From NCBI GenBank assembly GCA_963701965.1, contig OY969695.1, forward strand, positions 3,936,001 to 4,000,000: a stretch of 64,000 bases of DNA. Direction: 5' to 3'. This document shows, in pieces, positions 53,389 to 63,107 of this stretch. Source of the stretch: an uncultured Gemmatimonadales bacterium. Its GTDB lineage: Bacteria; Gemmatimonadota; Gemmatimonadetes; Gemmatimonadales; Gemmatimonadaceae. The notes below the pieces were generated by a model. It did no database searches. It worked only from the letters and a program-made list of their open reading frames with translations, and was not told where the DNA came from. Both the position numbers and the translations under genes were made by a program. The stretch's first letter is position 1; every line of letters starts with the position of its first letter.

Positions 53389-55038
53389 ATGACCGACCCC
53401 GGCCGCATCATGCGCGGAATCTACATCGGTCGATTCATTGTCTCGGCGGCGATCTTCCTGGCTGCGCAGTTTGCCTGGGAACGGACACCGACAGAGACGG
53501 CGCGGCTGGCGTCGCTGATCTTCGCCGTCGCGATCCTGTTCACGGTCGCGTCGGCCGCCTATAGCGAAGTCGTCCACAAGGGCCCCTCCGCGCGCGCCTT
53601 TTTGTATATCCAGACGGCGTTCGACATCGCTTTCGTGACGGCGGTCGTGCACGTCACGGGCGGCAGCCAGTCGCCGTTCGCCTGGCTCTACATCCTCGTG
53701 ATCGCCGGCGCCGCGCTCCTCCTCCCCGTCGGAGCAGGGCTACTGATCGCGCTATCATGCAGCATCTGTTATTTCGTCGAGGTGCTCTGGCTGAGCCACA
53801 CGACTCCCGACGTCGCGGTGTGGCTGCAGCTCGTGGTGTTTGGCACCGTCGCCCTCGGCAGCGGCTACATTGGCTCACGCCTGCAACAGGCCGGCGCGGG
53901 CACCGCGGCCGAGTTGGTGTTCGTCCGCCTACAAGGGGAGGATATCCTGGGCGCGATCCGCAGCGGCATCATCACGATCGACAGCCGCGGCAACTTGCTC
54001 TACGCCAATCCCGCGGCCATCGAGCTGCTGGGTCTTCCGGTGCGGCGCTCGACCGCCGTGCCAATCCTGCCGCTGATCGCAGCGGCCGCGCCGCGTCTCG
54101 CGCGCGCGCTGGAAGACGCGGTGACCCGCCGATTCCGGACGACCCGCGGAGAAGACATCGTCACGCTGCGGGATCGCACATTCCCCATCGGCGTCACCAC
54201 GACCTACAGCCAGCAGTCGGATTCAGCGACGGCGACGGCGATCTTCCAGGACATCTCGGGGCAAAAGCGCCTGGAGAGCCTGCACGTCCGCGCTGGGCGG
54301 CTGGAGGCGGTGGCCGAGCTGGGCGCGTCGCTGGCGCACGAGATCAAGAATCCGCTCGCCTCGATCCGCAGCGCCGTGGAACAACTGGCGCGGATGCCGC
54401 AGGCGGACGACGACGCGCGAACGCTGGGCGCGCTCATCGTGCGCGAATCCGATCGCCTGTCACGACTCTTGACGGAATTTCTGGATTTCGCGCGCGTCCG
54501 GGTAACGTGTCTCCGTCCGGTCGACTTGGGGGCGGTGGCCACGGGCGCCGCCAGTTTGGTCTCGGCGCACCCGGACCGGGAGCCCGGCGTCACCATTTCC
54601 TGTTCCATTCCGGACGTCCCGCTCGTCATCGACGGGGACGAGGATCTGCTGCACCGCGCCGTGTTCAATCTGGTGCTGAACGCGGTGCAGGCGGCGCCGC
54701 CCAACGGCACGGTTCGAGTCGATGTGGCGCCAATCGCGGCCGATCAACTCCCCAGTGGCGTGTCATTCGACTCGGGCGCGGTCGCCTTGCGGGTGAGCGA
54801 CGACGGACCCGGGATCGCGTCCGAGGTCCGGGATCGCATGTTCGAGCCGTTCATGACGACAAAATCGGGTGGCAGTGGACTGGGATTGTCCGTGGTGCAC
54901 CGGGCGATCGAGGCGCACCGTGGGGTGGTCCTCGTCGACACCGGAGCGCTGGGCACGCGTCTTACCGTCCTGCTCCCCTACGCCCAGATCACCGACGACG
55001 TTCCGGTGCAATTTCGGGTGCCGCAGGAGACCGCGTGA
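53389..55038 (+). CDS. pilS: PilS-like membrane sensor histidine kinase; start uncertain
   Basis: TM domain with TGG..SPF..LY, PAS region, AHEIKNPL, NLVLNA, DDGPG, GSGLGL. Confidence 0.8.
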   Translation: MTDPGRIMRGIYIGRFIVSAAIFLAAQFAWERTPTETARLASLIFAVAILFTVASAAYSEVVHKGPSARAFLYIQTAFDIAFVTAVVHVTGGSQSPFAWLYILVIAGAALLLPVGAGLLIALSCSICYFVEVLWLSHTTPDVAVWLQLVVFGTVALGSGYIGSRLQQAGAGTAAELVFVRLQGEDILGAIRSGIITIDSRGNLLYANPAAIELLGLPVRRSTAVPILPLIAAAAPRLARALEDAVTRRFRTTRGEDIVTLRDRTFPIGVTTTYSQQSDSATATAIFQDISGQKRLESLHVRAGRLEAVAELGASLAHEIKNPLASIRSAVEQLARMPQADDDARTLGALIVRESDRLSRLLTEFLDFARVRVTCLRPVDLGAVATGAASLVSAHPDREPGVTISCSIPDVPLVIDGDEDLLHRAVFNLVLNAVQAAPPNGTVRVDVAPIAADQLPSGVSFDSGAVALRVSDDGPGIASEVRDRMFEPFMTTKSGGSGLGLSVVHRAIEAHRGVVLVDTGALGTRLTVLLPYAQITDDVPVQFRVPQETA

Positions 55039-56405
55039 GCGACGGGAAGCCCACCGTCCTGGTCATTGATGACGAGTCAGGGATTCTCGACTCGTTGCGC
55101 ATCCTGCTCAAGAACGAAGGCTTCACGCCGCTCACCGCGCTGGGTGGGAAGCTGGCATTGGAGCAATTGGACAGGATCAACCCGGACATCGTCTTGAGCG
55201 ATGTCCGGATGCCGGCGGTCGGCGGCGTGCAGATCTTGAGCGCCGTGCGGGCAAAGTATCCCGAGACGCCCGTCATTCTCATGACCGCGCAGGCGACCCT
55301 GCAGTCGGCGATGCAGGCCGTCAACGAGGGCGCGTTCTACTATATTCAGAAGCCATTTGGGAACGACGAGCTCGTGGCGATCCTCAAGCGGGCGGCCGAG
55401 CATCGGCGCCTACGCGTGGAGAACTCGTCGCTCAAGCGGGAGATCAAGCGCCGCGAACGCCAGACCGACGGCCGGCCCGTAGGGTCCAGCAAGGTGTGGC
55501 TCGATGTCGTTACGCTGGCTGAAACCGTCGCCGCGACCGAGTCGACCGTCCTGATTCAGGGCGAGTCGGGCACCGGCAAGGAAGTCATCGCCCGCTACAT
55601 CCACCAACTCTCGAACCGCGCCGACGCCCAGTTCGCGTCGATCAACTGCGGCGCGCTCCCCGAGAGCTTGTTGGAGAGCGAGCTGTTCGGCCACGTCAAG
55701 GGCTCGTTCACCGGCGCCGTCAAGGACAAGAGCGGGTTGTTCACCGCCGCCGCGGGAGGGACGTTTTTCCTCGACGAGGTCGGCGAGACCACGCCCGCCA
55801 CGCAGGTCAAGCTCCTCCGTGTGTTGCAGCACCGCGAGGTGATTCCGGTCGGTGCGACCGATCCCAGTCCGATCGACGTGCGTCTGCTCGCCGCCACGAA
55901 CCGCGATCTCGAGGAGGAGATCAAGCGGGGCACATTCCGGAGCGACCTGTTCTACCGGCTGAACGTGATCGCACTGCATTTGCCGCCGCTGCGCGACCGG
56001 CGGGACGACATCCCTCTCCTCGTCGAGGCGTTTCTGCACCGCGCGGCCGAGGCGCGGTCGGAAAGCCCGAAGCGTGCCAGCGAAGCGGCGCTCGAGGCCA
56101 TGCGCAGCTTCTCCTGGCCCGGGAACGTCCGCGAGCTGGAGAACGCCCTGGAGCGCGCCGTCATTCTGACGCCGGGCGACGTCATCGATGTGTCCGCGCT
56201 GCCCGACCGTGTCACCGACCGGCAAGCCGAGCCGCTTATCTCCGAACGCACCGCGACGACGCCGACGCTCGACGTAATCGAGCGGGCCTATATCATGTGG
56301 GTTCTGCAGAGTGAGGGCGGCAACAAGACACGAGCCGCCGACGTGCTCGGCATCGACCCCTCGACTCTCTACCGCAAACTCTCCCGCTTCGGCGTCGAAG
56401 CATGA
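55035..56405 (+). CDS. pilR: PilR-like sigma-54-dependent response regulator
   Basis: Receiver domain, [30 protein letters not shown], Fis-type HTH. Confidence 0.85.
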   Translation: MSDGKPTVLVIDDESGILDSLRILLKNEGFTPLTALGGKLALEQLDRINPDIVLSDVRMPAVGGVQILSAVRAKYPETPVILMTAQATLQSAMQAVNEGAFYYIQKPFGNDELVAILKRAAEHRRLRVENSSLKREIKRRERQTDGRPVGSSKVWLDVVTLAETVAATESTVLIQGESGTGKEVIARYIHQLSNRADAQFASINCGALPESLLESELFGHVKGSFTGAVKDKSGLFTAAAGGTFFLDEVGETTPATQVKLLRVLQHREVIPVGATDPSPIDVRLLAATNRDLEEEIKRGTFRSDLFYRLNVIALHLPPLRDRRDDIPLLVEAFLHRAAEARSESPKRASEAALEAMRSFSWPGNVRELENALERAVILTPGDVIDVSALPDRVTDRQAEPLISERTATTPTLDVIERAYIMWVLQSEGGNKTRAADVLGIDPSTLYRKLSRFGVEA

Positions 56406-58048
56406 CGCGCCGTTGGCTCCCGGCGGCGTCGATCGCGGCGCTCGCCTCCGTTGCCGCGAGCACGGGTCTCGGGAATGGATTCGCCTACGATGATCTGCCG
56501 ATCATCGCGCGGAACGCGCCCCTGCACGACTGGCACCAGCTGGCGCATCGTTTCGTCGAGTCTTACTGGCCGCTCGCGCAGGGAGGGACACTCTACCGGC
56601 CGCTGGCGACGGCGCTGTTCACCATCGAATGGACGGCCGGCGGCGGCTCGGCTCTGCCATTTCACGTGGTGAACCTCCTGCTCTACGTTGCCGTCTGCCT
56701 GGGGGTCCTTGCGCTCGCGAGAAGCATGCTGCCCGCCGGCATCGCGCTGGGCACGGCGGCCGCGTTCGCGGTGCATCCCGTGCACGTCGAGGTCTTCGCC
56801 AACTGCGTCGGACAGTCTGAGCTCATCGTGGCGGGCGCCGTGTGCGCGGCGGGGGCGCTCTACCTGCGCCGGCGCGCCGCCGGCCAGCTCCGCAGGCGCG
56901 ACCTCGCAACGCTCGCAATCCTCTTCATCGTGGGGTTGCTGGCCAAAGAGCACGCGATCGTGTTGCCCGCGCTGCTGCTGGCGGCCGAGCTCACCGTGGT
57001 CGCCGATCCCGCGCCCGCGCGCGCGCGGGCGCGATCGCTCGTGCCGCTGGGCGTTCTGCTCGCCGGGATCGCGAGTGCCTACCTGATCCTGCGGCGGTCG
57101 GTGCTCGGCGGCCTGGTCGGCGAGAACCCGGCGTTCGCATTCCGCGACGCGATGTGGACTACGCGGTCGTGGACGATGCTGGGCGTCGTGCCCCAGTGGG
57201 TCCGGCTGCTGGTATGGCCCGCGCACCTGTCGGCCGTCTATTCGCCGCCGGGGACCGCCGTCCGCGACAGCGCCGACATTGTCGCGATGGTGGGGCTGGT
57301 CGTTCTGACCGGGGGAGCCGTGCTGGCGGTCGCGGCGCGGCGCCAGCTCCCCGTGCTGTCCTTTGGCCTCGCCTGGTTCGGGATTGCCATCTTGCCCGTG
57401 AGCAACGTCGTGGTGCGCACGGGCGTTCTCCTCGCGGAACGAACACTCTTTCTGCCGAGCGTCGGCGCGATGCTGGCCGCCGGCGCGCTGGTGCCGGTCG
57501 TCGTCAACTGGCTGCCGCGCGCTGGCGTTGCGCGGCGCGCCGAGTTGGCCGGGGCGGCGACCGGCCTGACCATGCTACTTGTCGCGGGACTCGCCCGCAG
57601 CATGGTGCGCGCCCCGGTCTGGCACGACGACTCGACGCTGTTCCGTGCCGCGACTCAGGAGGAGCCGTTGAGCTATGCCGCCCACTACGGCTACGCGGGG
57701 CTGTTGTTCAACGCGGGCCAGCGCGGATCGGGCGAGCGCGAGGCGCGTCGCGCGCTTAGCCTCTACGGCGGCGACCCACGCGTCTTCATCGACTTGGCCA
57801 CCGAGTATGCGCGCGCGGGCGCCTGCGCGCCGGCGGAGCGGCTGGCCCGCCGTGCGCTGGACATCACCTCACACCTGGTGTCGGCCCGTGTCATCCTCGC
57901 CCAATGCCGCCTCGAAGCGCGCGACTACGCGGGATTGCGTTCCGTGGCGGCCGACGGTTTGTCCGACGGCGTGCGCCCCGCCCTCTTCCGCAAGATGCTC
58001 TGGACGGCCGATAGCGGGGCGCATGCAAGCGCTCTGGCCGGCCCTTAA
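56402..58048 (+). CDS. TMTC-like GT-C glycosyltransferase with C-terminal TPR region (copy 1)
   Basis: NGFAYDD, YRPL, FHVVN, FAVHPVHVE...VG.SEL, AKE, AERTLFLPS, W.DD; TPR-like helices. Confidence 0.8.
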   Translation: MTRRWLPAASIAALASVAASTGLGNGFAYDDLPIIARNAPLHDWHQLAHRFVESYWPLAQGGTLYRPLATALFTIEWTAGGGSALPFHVVNLLLYVAVCLGVLALARSMLPAGIALGTAAAFAVHPVHVEVFANCVGQSELIVAGAVCAAGALYLRRRAAGQLRRRDLATLAILFIVGLLAKEHAIVLPALLLAAELTVVADPAPARARARSLVPLGVLLAGIASAYLILRRSVLGGLVGENPAFAFRDAMWTTRSWTMLGVVPQWVRLLVWPAHLSAVYSPPGTAVRDSADIVAMVGLVVLTGGAVLAVAARRQLPVLSFGLAWFGIAILPVSNVVVRTGVLLAERTLFLPSVGAMLAAGALVPVVVNWLPRAGVARRAELAGAATGLTMLLVAGLARSMVRAPVWHDDSTLFRAATQEEPLSYAAHYGYAGLLFNAGQRGSGEREARRALSLYGGDPRVFIDLATEYARAGACAPAERLARRALDITSHLVSARVILAQCRLEARDYAGLRSVAADGLSDGVRPALFRKMLWTADSGAHASALAGP

Positions 58049-58057
58049 TGTTCCCCC

Positions 58058-58831
58058 ATGACCGAAATCACGCGCCCGGCCGAGCACCTGACCGGACCCA
58101 CGATTCCCCGCATGCGCGGCCGGACGCCGATTCCGCGACACGCCCTGCGGCTGTCCGTGCTCATCCCGGTCTACAACGAGCGGGCGACGATCGGCGCCAT
58201 CCTCGACCAGGTCCACGCGGTCAACGTCCCGAAGGAAATCATCTGCGTCAACGATTGCTCGACGGACGGGACCCGGGAGATACTCGATCGCCTGGCGGCC
58301 GAGGGACGCATCGATCGACTGATTCACCATCCGCGCAACCAGGGAAAGGGAGCGGCCATTCGGACCGCCCTGGCGGCCAGCACGGGCAACGTGGTGATCG
58401 TGCAAGACGCCGATCTCGAATACGACCCGGCCGATTGGCCGCAGATGATGGAACCGCTCATCGACGGCGTGGCCGACGCAGTGTTCGGCTCGCGATTTCT
58501 CGGCGGACCGCATCGCGTGCTCTATTTCTGGCACTCGGTCGGGAATGCCGTCCTGACGACGTTCAGCAACATCGCGACCAATATCAACCTCACCGACATG
58601 GAGACGTGCTACAAGGCGATCCGGGGCGAGGTCGCCCGATCGCTGGTGCTCACGTCGGACCGATTCGGATTCGAGGTCGAGGTGACCGCCCGGCTCGCGC
58701 AAGCGCAGGCGCGCATCTACGAGGTACCCATCAGCTACTCGGGCAGGACGTACGCCGAAGGGAAGAAGATCGGGTGGAAGGATGGGGTGGCGGCACTGTG
58801 GCACATCGTGCGCTACAACCTGCGTTCCTGA
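58058..58831 (+). CDS. Glycosyltransferase family 2 (polyprenol-phosphate sugar synthase / DPM1-like)
   Basis: LSVLIPVYNE, NDCSTDGT, NQGKG, QDADLEY, FGSRF, TDMETCYK, FGFE.E, EVPISY. Confidence 0.9.
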   Translation: MTEITRPAEHLTGPTIPRMRGRTPIPRHALRLSVLIPVYNERATIGAILDQVHAVNVPKEIICVNDCSTDGTREILDRLAAEGRIDRLIHHPRNQGKGAAIRTALAASTGNVVIVQDADLEYDPADWPQMMEPLIDGVADAVFGSRFLGGPHRVLYFWHSVGNAVLTTFSNIATNINLTDMETCYKAIRGEVARSLVLTSDRFGFEVEVTARLAQAQARIYEVPISYSGRTYAEGKKIGWKDGVAALWHIVRYNLRS

Positions 58832-60483
58832 CGCGCCGCGTCGCGGCGCGCGCGCCCGTCGTCATCGCGCTGATCGCCGCTCTCGTCTACGCCAATGGTC
58901 TGTCGAACGGCTTCACCCAGGACGACTGGCCGCTGATTGCCCACAATCCGATCGTTCAGTCCTTCACCGGCCTGTGGCGTGCGTTCGCGCACCCGTACTG
59001 GCCCAAGGCGTGGGGCTGGGGACAATACCGGCCGGTTGCCGTTGGCTTGTTCGTGTTGCAATGGGCGGCCGCCGGCGGGTCGCCCTCGGTGTACCACGGC
59101 GTGAGCATCGTCCTGCACGTCAGCGTATGCCTGTTGCTCCGCCGAGTGCTGATGACCATGGTGCCACCCCCCGGCGCGACGATTGGCGCGGCATGGTTCG
59201 CCCTCCAGCCCGTACACGTCGAAGCCGTCGCCAGCGCCGTAGGCCAGAGCGAGCTGCTGTCGACCGCGTTCGTCCTGGCGGCCTGGCTGGCGCATTGGCG
59301 CGAAAAGCGGATCGCCATGGTCTGGTTCGCCCTGGCGCTGCTGGCCAAAGAGACGGGGATCGTCTTCTTGGGTCTCGCCATCGTGCACGACCTGATGCAG
59401 GGAGGCGCGCGCGCCCCGCTGGCCCGCCGCCGCGCCCTGTACCTCCGCTACGGAGCGGTCGTGGTCCTCTACGCGGTGGTCCTGGCGACGATCTTCTCCG
59501 ACCAACCCCTGCGGGTGGTTGCCCAGACCTGGGACGGCGCCACGGCCGGCGCGCGTCTGCTCACGATGCTGAGTGTGGCGCCAGACTACGCGCGCCTGGT
59601 GGTGATGCCGTTCGTGCTCCGCACCAACTACGAGCCCCAGGTTATCGCGCTGCAGACCGCGTTGACGCCGCCCGTCTTCTTGGGCGGCGCCTTCGTGATC
59701 GCGGTGATCATCGCGGTGATCATGACCAGGCGGCGCGCCCCGGCGATATGCTACGGCATCGCCTGGTTCGTGATGGCGGTCGCTCCCGTGGCCAACGTGT
59801 TCTTCGCCACGGGCGTCGTCCTGGCGGAACGCACCTTGTATCTGCCGACCGCTGGTGCGGCCATCGTCATCGGCGGGCTCGCGGCGCGCGCCAGGCCGCG
59901 GCTTCGGGTGGCGGCGCTGGCCACCGCCTTCGGCCTGGCGTTCGCCGTACGCGTATGGACCCGGACGCGCGTCTGGCATGATGACCTCGCGCTGACGAGA
60001 AGCGCGCTGCATGACTCGCCGCGGTCGTACAAAGCGCACCACGCGGCCGCGATGTTTCTCGCTTCGACCGGACAGTGGACCGCCGCGGCCGGTGAATACC
60101 GGCTGGCTCGGCAACTGTTCCCCCGCGATGGCGACCCATACCGCGGAGGGGCGGAGGCCGCGCTGGCGGCGCGCGACTATGAGGGAGCGGCCGCGCTGCT
60201 CGACAGCGCGCGCCGTCTGGCCCCCACGCAGATCGGTCCCTGGCTCCGGCTCGCGGACGTGCGTGCCCTGCAACGCCGCTGGCGGGAAGCCGGGGCGCTC
60301 GCCTTCGCGGCGTATGAGCTGTGCCCCGATTCCGTGCGCGCGATTCGGGTCGCGGCGACGATGGCCGTCCGCTCGGGGAACCCCGTTGCGGCGCGCACGG
60401 CGCTGCGGCGCGGACTTGCCGACCACCCCGGCAACGCGGACTTGCATCGCGCGTATATCGCGGTGCGCGACACCGGGCCGTAA
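58828..60483 (+). CDS. TMTC-like GT-C glycosyltransferase with TPR region (copy 2); start uncertain
   Basis: NGFTQDD, YRPV, FALQPVHVEAV...VGQSEL, AKE, AERTLYLP, WHDD; TPR-like helices. Confidence 0.8.
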   Translation: MTRRVAARAPVVIALIAALVYANGLSNGFTQDDWPLIAHNPIVQSFTGLWRAFAHPYWPKAWGWGQYRPVAVGLFVLQWAAAGGSPSVYHGVSIVLHVSVCLLLRRVLMTMVPPPGATIGAAWFALQPVHVEAVASAVGQSELLSTAFVLAAWLAHWREKRIAMVWFALALLAKETGIVFLGLAIVHDLMQGGARAPLARRRALYLRYGAVVVLYAVVLATIFSDQPLRVVAQTWDGATAGARLLTMLSVAPDYARLVVMPFVLRTNYEPQVIALQTALTPPVFLGGAFVIAVIIAVIMTRRRAPAICYGIAWFVMAVAPVANVFFATGVVLAERTLYLPTAGAAIVIGGLAARARPRLRVAALATAFGLAFAVRVWTRTRVWHDDLALTRSALHDSPRSYKAHHAAAMFLASTGQWTAAAGEYRLARQLFPRDGDPYRGGAEAALAARDYEGAAALLDSARRLAPTQIGPWLRLADVRALQRRWREAGALAFAAYELCPDSVRAIRVAATMAVRSGNPVAARTALRRGLADHPGNADLHRAYIAVRDTGP

Positions 60484-60515
60484 CCTGGCGAATCCATAGG
60501 GCGTCCTTTGGGGAC

Positions 60516-62291
60516 ATGCCCCCAGCCCCCACGCACCAGATCGACGGACCGGACCAGCGCTGGCGGCAGTGGGCGATCGCCAGCATTGTGCTCGTCGCTG
60601 CCCTGTGCTACGCCAACGCGCTCGCCAACGGCTACGTGCAGGACGATCAGGGCATCATTCACGACAACCCGCTCGTCCAGACCGTCACGGGACTCTGGCG
60701 GGCGTTTGCCCATCCCTACTGGCCGGAGCACAACGGCGCCGGCCAATACCGGCCCCTGGTGATCGACTCGTTCGTCATCGATCGCGGCATCCTCCATCTG
60801 GGCGCTTGGTGGATCCACCTGGTCAATATCGGCTGGCATGTCGCCGTCTCGGTCTTGGTGTGGCGCGTGCTCTCGACGATGCTGTCGGTGTCCGGCGCGT
60901 GGTTCGGGGGCCTCTGGTTCGCGCTGCATCCGGTGCACGTGGAGGCGGTCTCCAACGGCGTCGGCCGGTGCGAGTTGATGGCTACCGCATTCGTTCTGCT
61001 CGCATGGCTCGCGCATTGGGAGAAGCGTCCGGTCGCCGTCCTGTACTTCGCGGCAGCCCTCGCGTCGAAAGAGGTGGGCATCGTCTTTCTCGGTCTCGCG
61101 GCGGCCCACGATCTCATCGTCGGCAGTTCGGCGCATTGGCGCCGTCCTTTCGTCGAGCGGCGTCGATGGTACGCCGCCTATGCCGGCGTGTGCGCGGTAT
61201 ACGCCGGCGCGTTGCTCTGGGTCTTCCGCAGCAAACCGTTCGTGGTGACGGCGGTGACGTGGGATCACGCCACGATGCTCCAGCGATGGTTGACCATGCT
61301 GCGGGTGGTCCCCGAATACGCCCGGCTCTTGCTCGCTCCCATCGATCTCAAGGTCGACTACACGCCGCGGACCATCGACCTCGTCACCGGCGTGACCCCA
61401 GCAGTGGTCGTCGGGTGCGCATTGTTAGCGGCAACGCTGCTCGTCCTCGTCGCGCTGTGGCGTCGGGCGCCCGCGGTGTCCTACGGCGTCGTCTGGTTCA
61501 TCGTCGCGATCTCGCCCGTCTCGAATGTACTCTTTCCGTCGGGCGTGGTGCTGGCCGAGCGGACGCTCTACTTGCCGAGCGTCGGCGCGGCGATCATTGC
61601 GGGCTGGATCTTCGAGCGGGCGCTGGTCGTGCGGCCCCGTTTCAGCGCCGTCTTCGCGACGGTGCTGTGTGTCGCGTTCGCCTTGCGGACCTGGACGCGG
61701 ACTCCTTTCTGGCACGACAAGCGCCAATTCCTGATGCGGGAAGTGTCCGAGCAGCCGGAATCCTATCGCGCGCACTACACCGTGTGCGTGCTGCTGTCAC
61801 TCGAGCATCATTGGTCGGAGGCCGCCACCGAGTGCCAGGTGGCCCGCCGCCTGCACGGGAGCGACGTCGGCCCCTACGTCACCGGTGCCCAGGTGGCGCT
61901 CGGCGCCCGGCAGACGCTCGTCGCCGACGCCTTGCTCGACAGTGCCAAGCAACTCAGTCCGGGGGATTACGCGACCCTGTACACGCTGGCCGAGCTGCGT
62001 CGGACGCAAGGGCGGCCGCGTGAAGCGATCGCGCTCGCGTTCAGCGCCTACGAATCCGCACCCGACAGCGTGCAGGCCATCGATCAGCTGACGAGCGCCG
62101 CGCAAGCGCTGCACGACTATGTGGACGCCGAGGCCGCGTTCCGTCGCGGTCTGGCCGACCATCCGGCGAACGTGCATCTGCGCGAAGGGTACGCGGCCAT
62201 GTTGATGGATCGCGGGGATAGCGCGGCGGGGCGGCAACAACTGGCGTTAGCCCATTCTGACGTGGTCCAGACGCTCTTCTCATCCCAATGA
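60516..62291 (+). CDS. TMTC-like GT-C glycosyltransferase with TPR region (copy 3)
   Basis: NGYVQDD, YRPL, HLVN, FALHPVHVEAV..GVGR.EL, SKE, AERTLYLPS; TPR-like helices. Confidence 0.8.
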   Translation: MPPAPTHQIDGPDQRWRQWAIASIVLVAALCYANALANGYVQDDQGIIHDNPLVQTVTGLWRAFAHPYWPEHNGAGQYRPLVIDSFVIDRGILHLGAWWIHLVNIGWHVAVSVLVWRVLSTMLSVSGAWFGGLWFALHPVHVEAVSNGVGRCELMATAFVLLAWLAHWEKRPVAVLYFAAALASKEVGIVFLGLAAAHDLIVGSSAHWRRPFVERRRWYAAYAGVCAVYAGALLWVFRSKPFVVTAVTWDHATMLQRWLTMLRVVPEYARLLLAPIDLKVDYTPRTIDLVTGVTPAVVVGCALLAATLLVLVALWRRAPAVSYGVVWFIVAISPVSNVLFPSGVVLAERTLYLPSVGAAIIAGWIFERALVVRPRFSAVFATVLCVAFALRTWTRTPFWHDKRQFLMREVSEQPESYRAHYTVCVLLSLEHHWSEAATECQVARRLHGSDVGPYVTGAQVALGARQTLVADALLDSAKQLSPGDYATLYTLAELRRTQGRPREAIALAFSAYESAPDSVQAIDQLTSAAQALHDYVDAEAAFRRGLADHPANVHLREGYAAMLMDRGDSAAGRQQLALAHSDVVQTLFSSQ

Positions 62292-62426
62292 CTCGTATCG
62301 GGACACCCATCGCGCCACGCAGTCTGCAAGTCGTCGTGCAAAACACACGGCACATCGGCGGCGAGCAGGTCGGGCGACTGATGCCCAACCCATTGGAGTA
62401 TTGATAGTTAGACGGCACAGTCCGCC

Positions 62427-62443
62427 ACGGCCCGTCCGTTGCC
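62427..62443 (+). promoter_or_regulatory. Candidate sigma-54 (-24/-12) promoter of pilA
   Basis: GG(62429-30)-N10-GC(62441-42) within CGGCCCGTCCGTTGC; PilR is encoded nearby. Confidence 0.5.
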
Positions 62444-62518
62444 TATGTAGTGGCCAGATGGCAGTTGCCCGGTGACCCGCAGTCACCACTTTTCTCCCCC
62501 CTCCGGAGTAGACACGTT

Positions 62519-62935
62519 ATGAAGACGGCCAAGAAAGGTTTCACCCTCATCGAGCTTCTGATCGTCGTCGTGATCATTGGTATCCTTGCCGCGATCGCGA
62601 TTCCGAAGTTCGCCGCCACCAAGTCGAAGGCGTATACCGCTTCGATGAAGACCGATCTCCGCAACCTGGTGACGGCGCAGGAAGCGTACTTCTCGGACAA
62701 CACGTCGTACGCGACGACCCTGGCCGCGCTCTCGACGTCGTTCCACCCGTCAGCCGGTAACGTGGTTGCGGATCCGAGTGCAGCGACCACGACCGGCTGG
62801 AGCACGACGGTGACGAACACGTTCGTCCCGTCCACGTCGACCGGTCATCTCTGCGCCGTGTGGGTTGGTGGCGCGGCGTCGGCCCCAGGTGGTGTCACGG
62901 CTGACACGATCGAAGGCGCGCCGGCCTGTTTGTAG
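62519..62935 (+). CDS. pilA: Type IVa major pilin
   Basis: Prepilin leader KKG|FTLIELL, hydrophobic helix, IAIPKF, C-terminal Cys pair; GGAG RBS; own terminator. Confidence 0.9.
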   Translation: MKTAKKGFTLIELLIVVVIIGILAAIAIPKFAATKSKAYTASMKTDLRNLVTAQEAYFSDNTSYATTLAALSTSFHPSAGNVVADPSAATTTGWSTTVTNTFVPSTSTGHLCAVWVGGAASAPGGVTADTIEGAPACL

Positions 62936-62957
62936 CCAGCGCGCGGCACGCAGGACG

Positions 62958-62990
62958 CGACGGGCCGGGTCCCAGTGACCCGGCCCGTCG
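62958..62990 (+). terminator. Hairpin after pilA
   Basis: CGACGGGCCGGGTC-CCAGT-GACCCGGCCCGTCG, a perfect 14-bp stem. Confidence 0.65.
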
Positions 62991-63107
62991 TGCATCCGGC
63001 AAGCAAGTCAGCGTTACCTTTGCGCCCCACGAGTCGTGTGACTGGGAGAAATGACCGGTCGGTAGGTCGATCCGACCACTCGTACACCACTAGCCCCCGG
63101 CACCCCT

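Noticed and set aside
52768..55034. Long N-terminal extensions of the PilS (52768) and PilR (53757) ORFs
   Set aside because: They overlap other real genes and lack domain content; downstream starts fit better
58048..60483. 811-aa ORF as a GT2-TMTC fusion or dual-coding gene
   Set aside because: The first 260 codons are an off-frame read through the GT2 gene; TMTC similarity begins only near 58828
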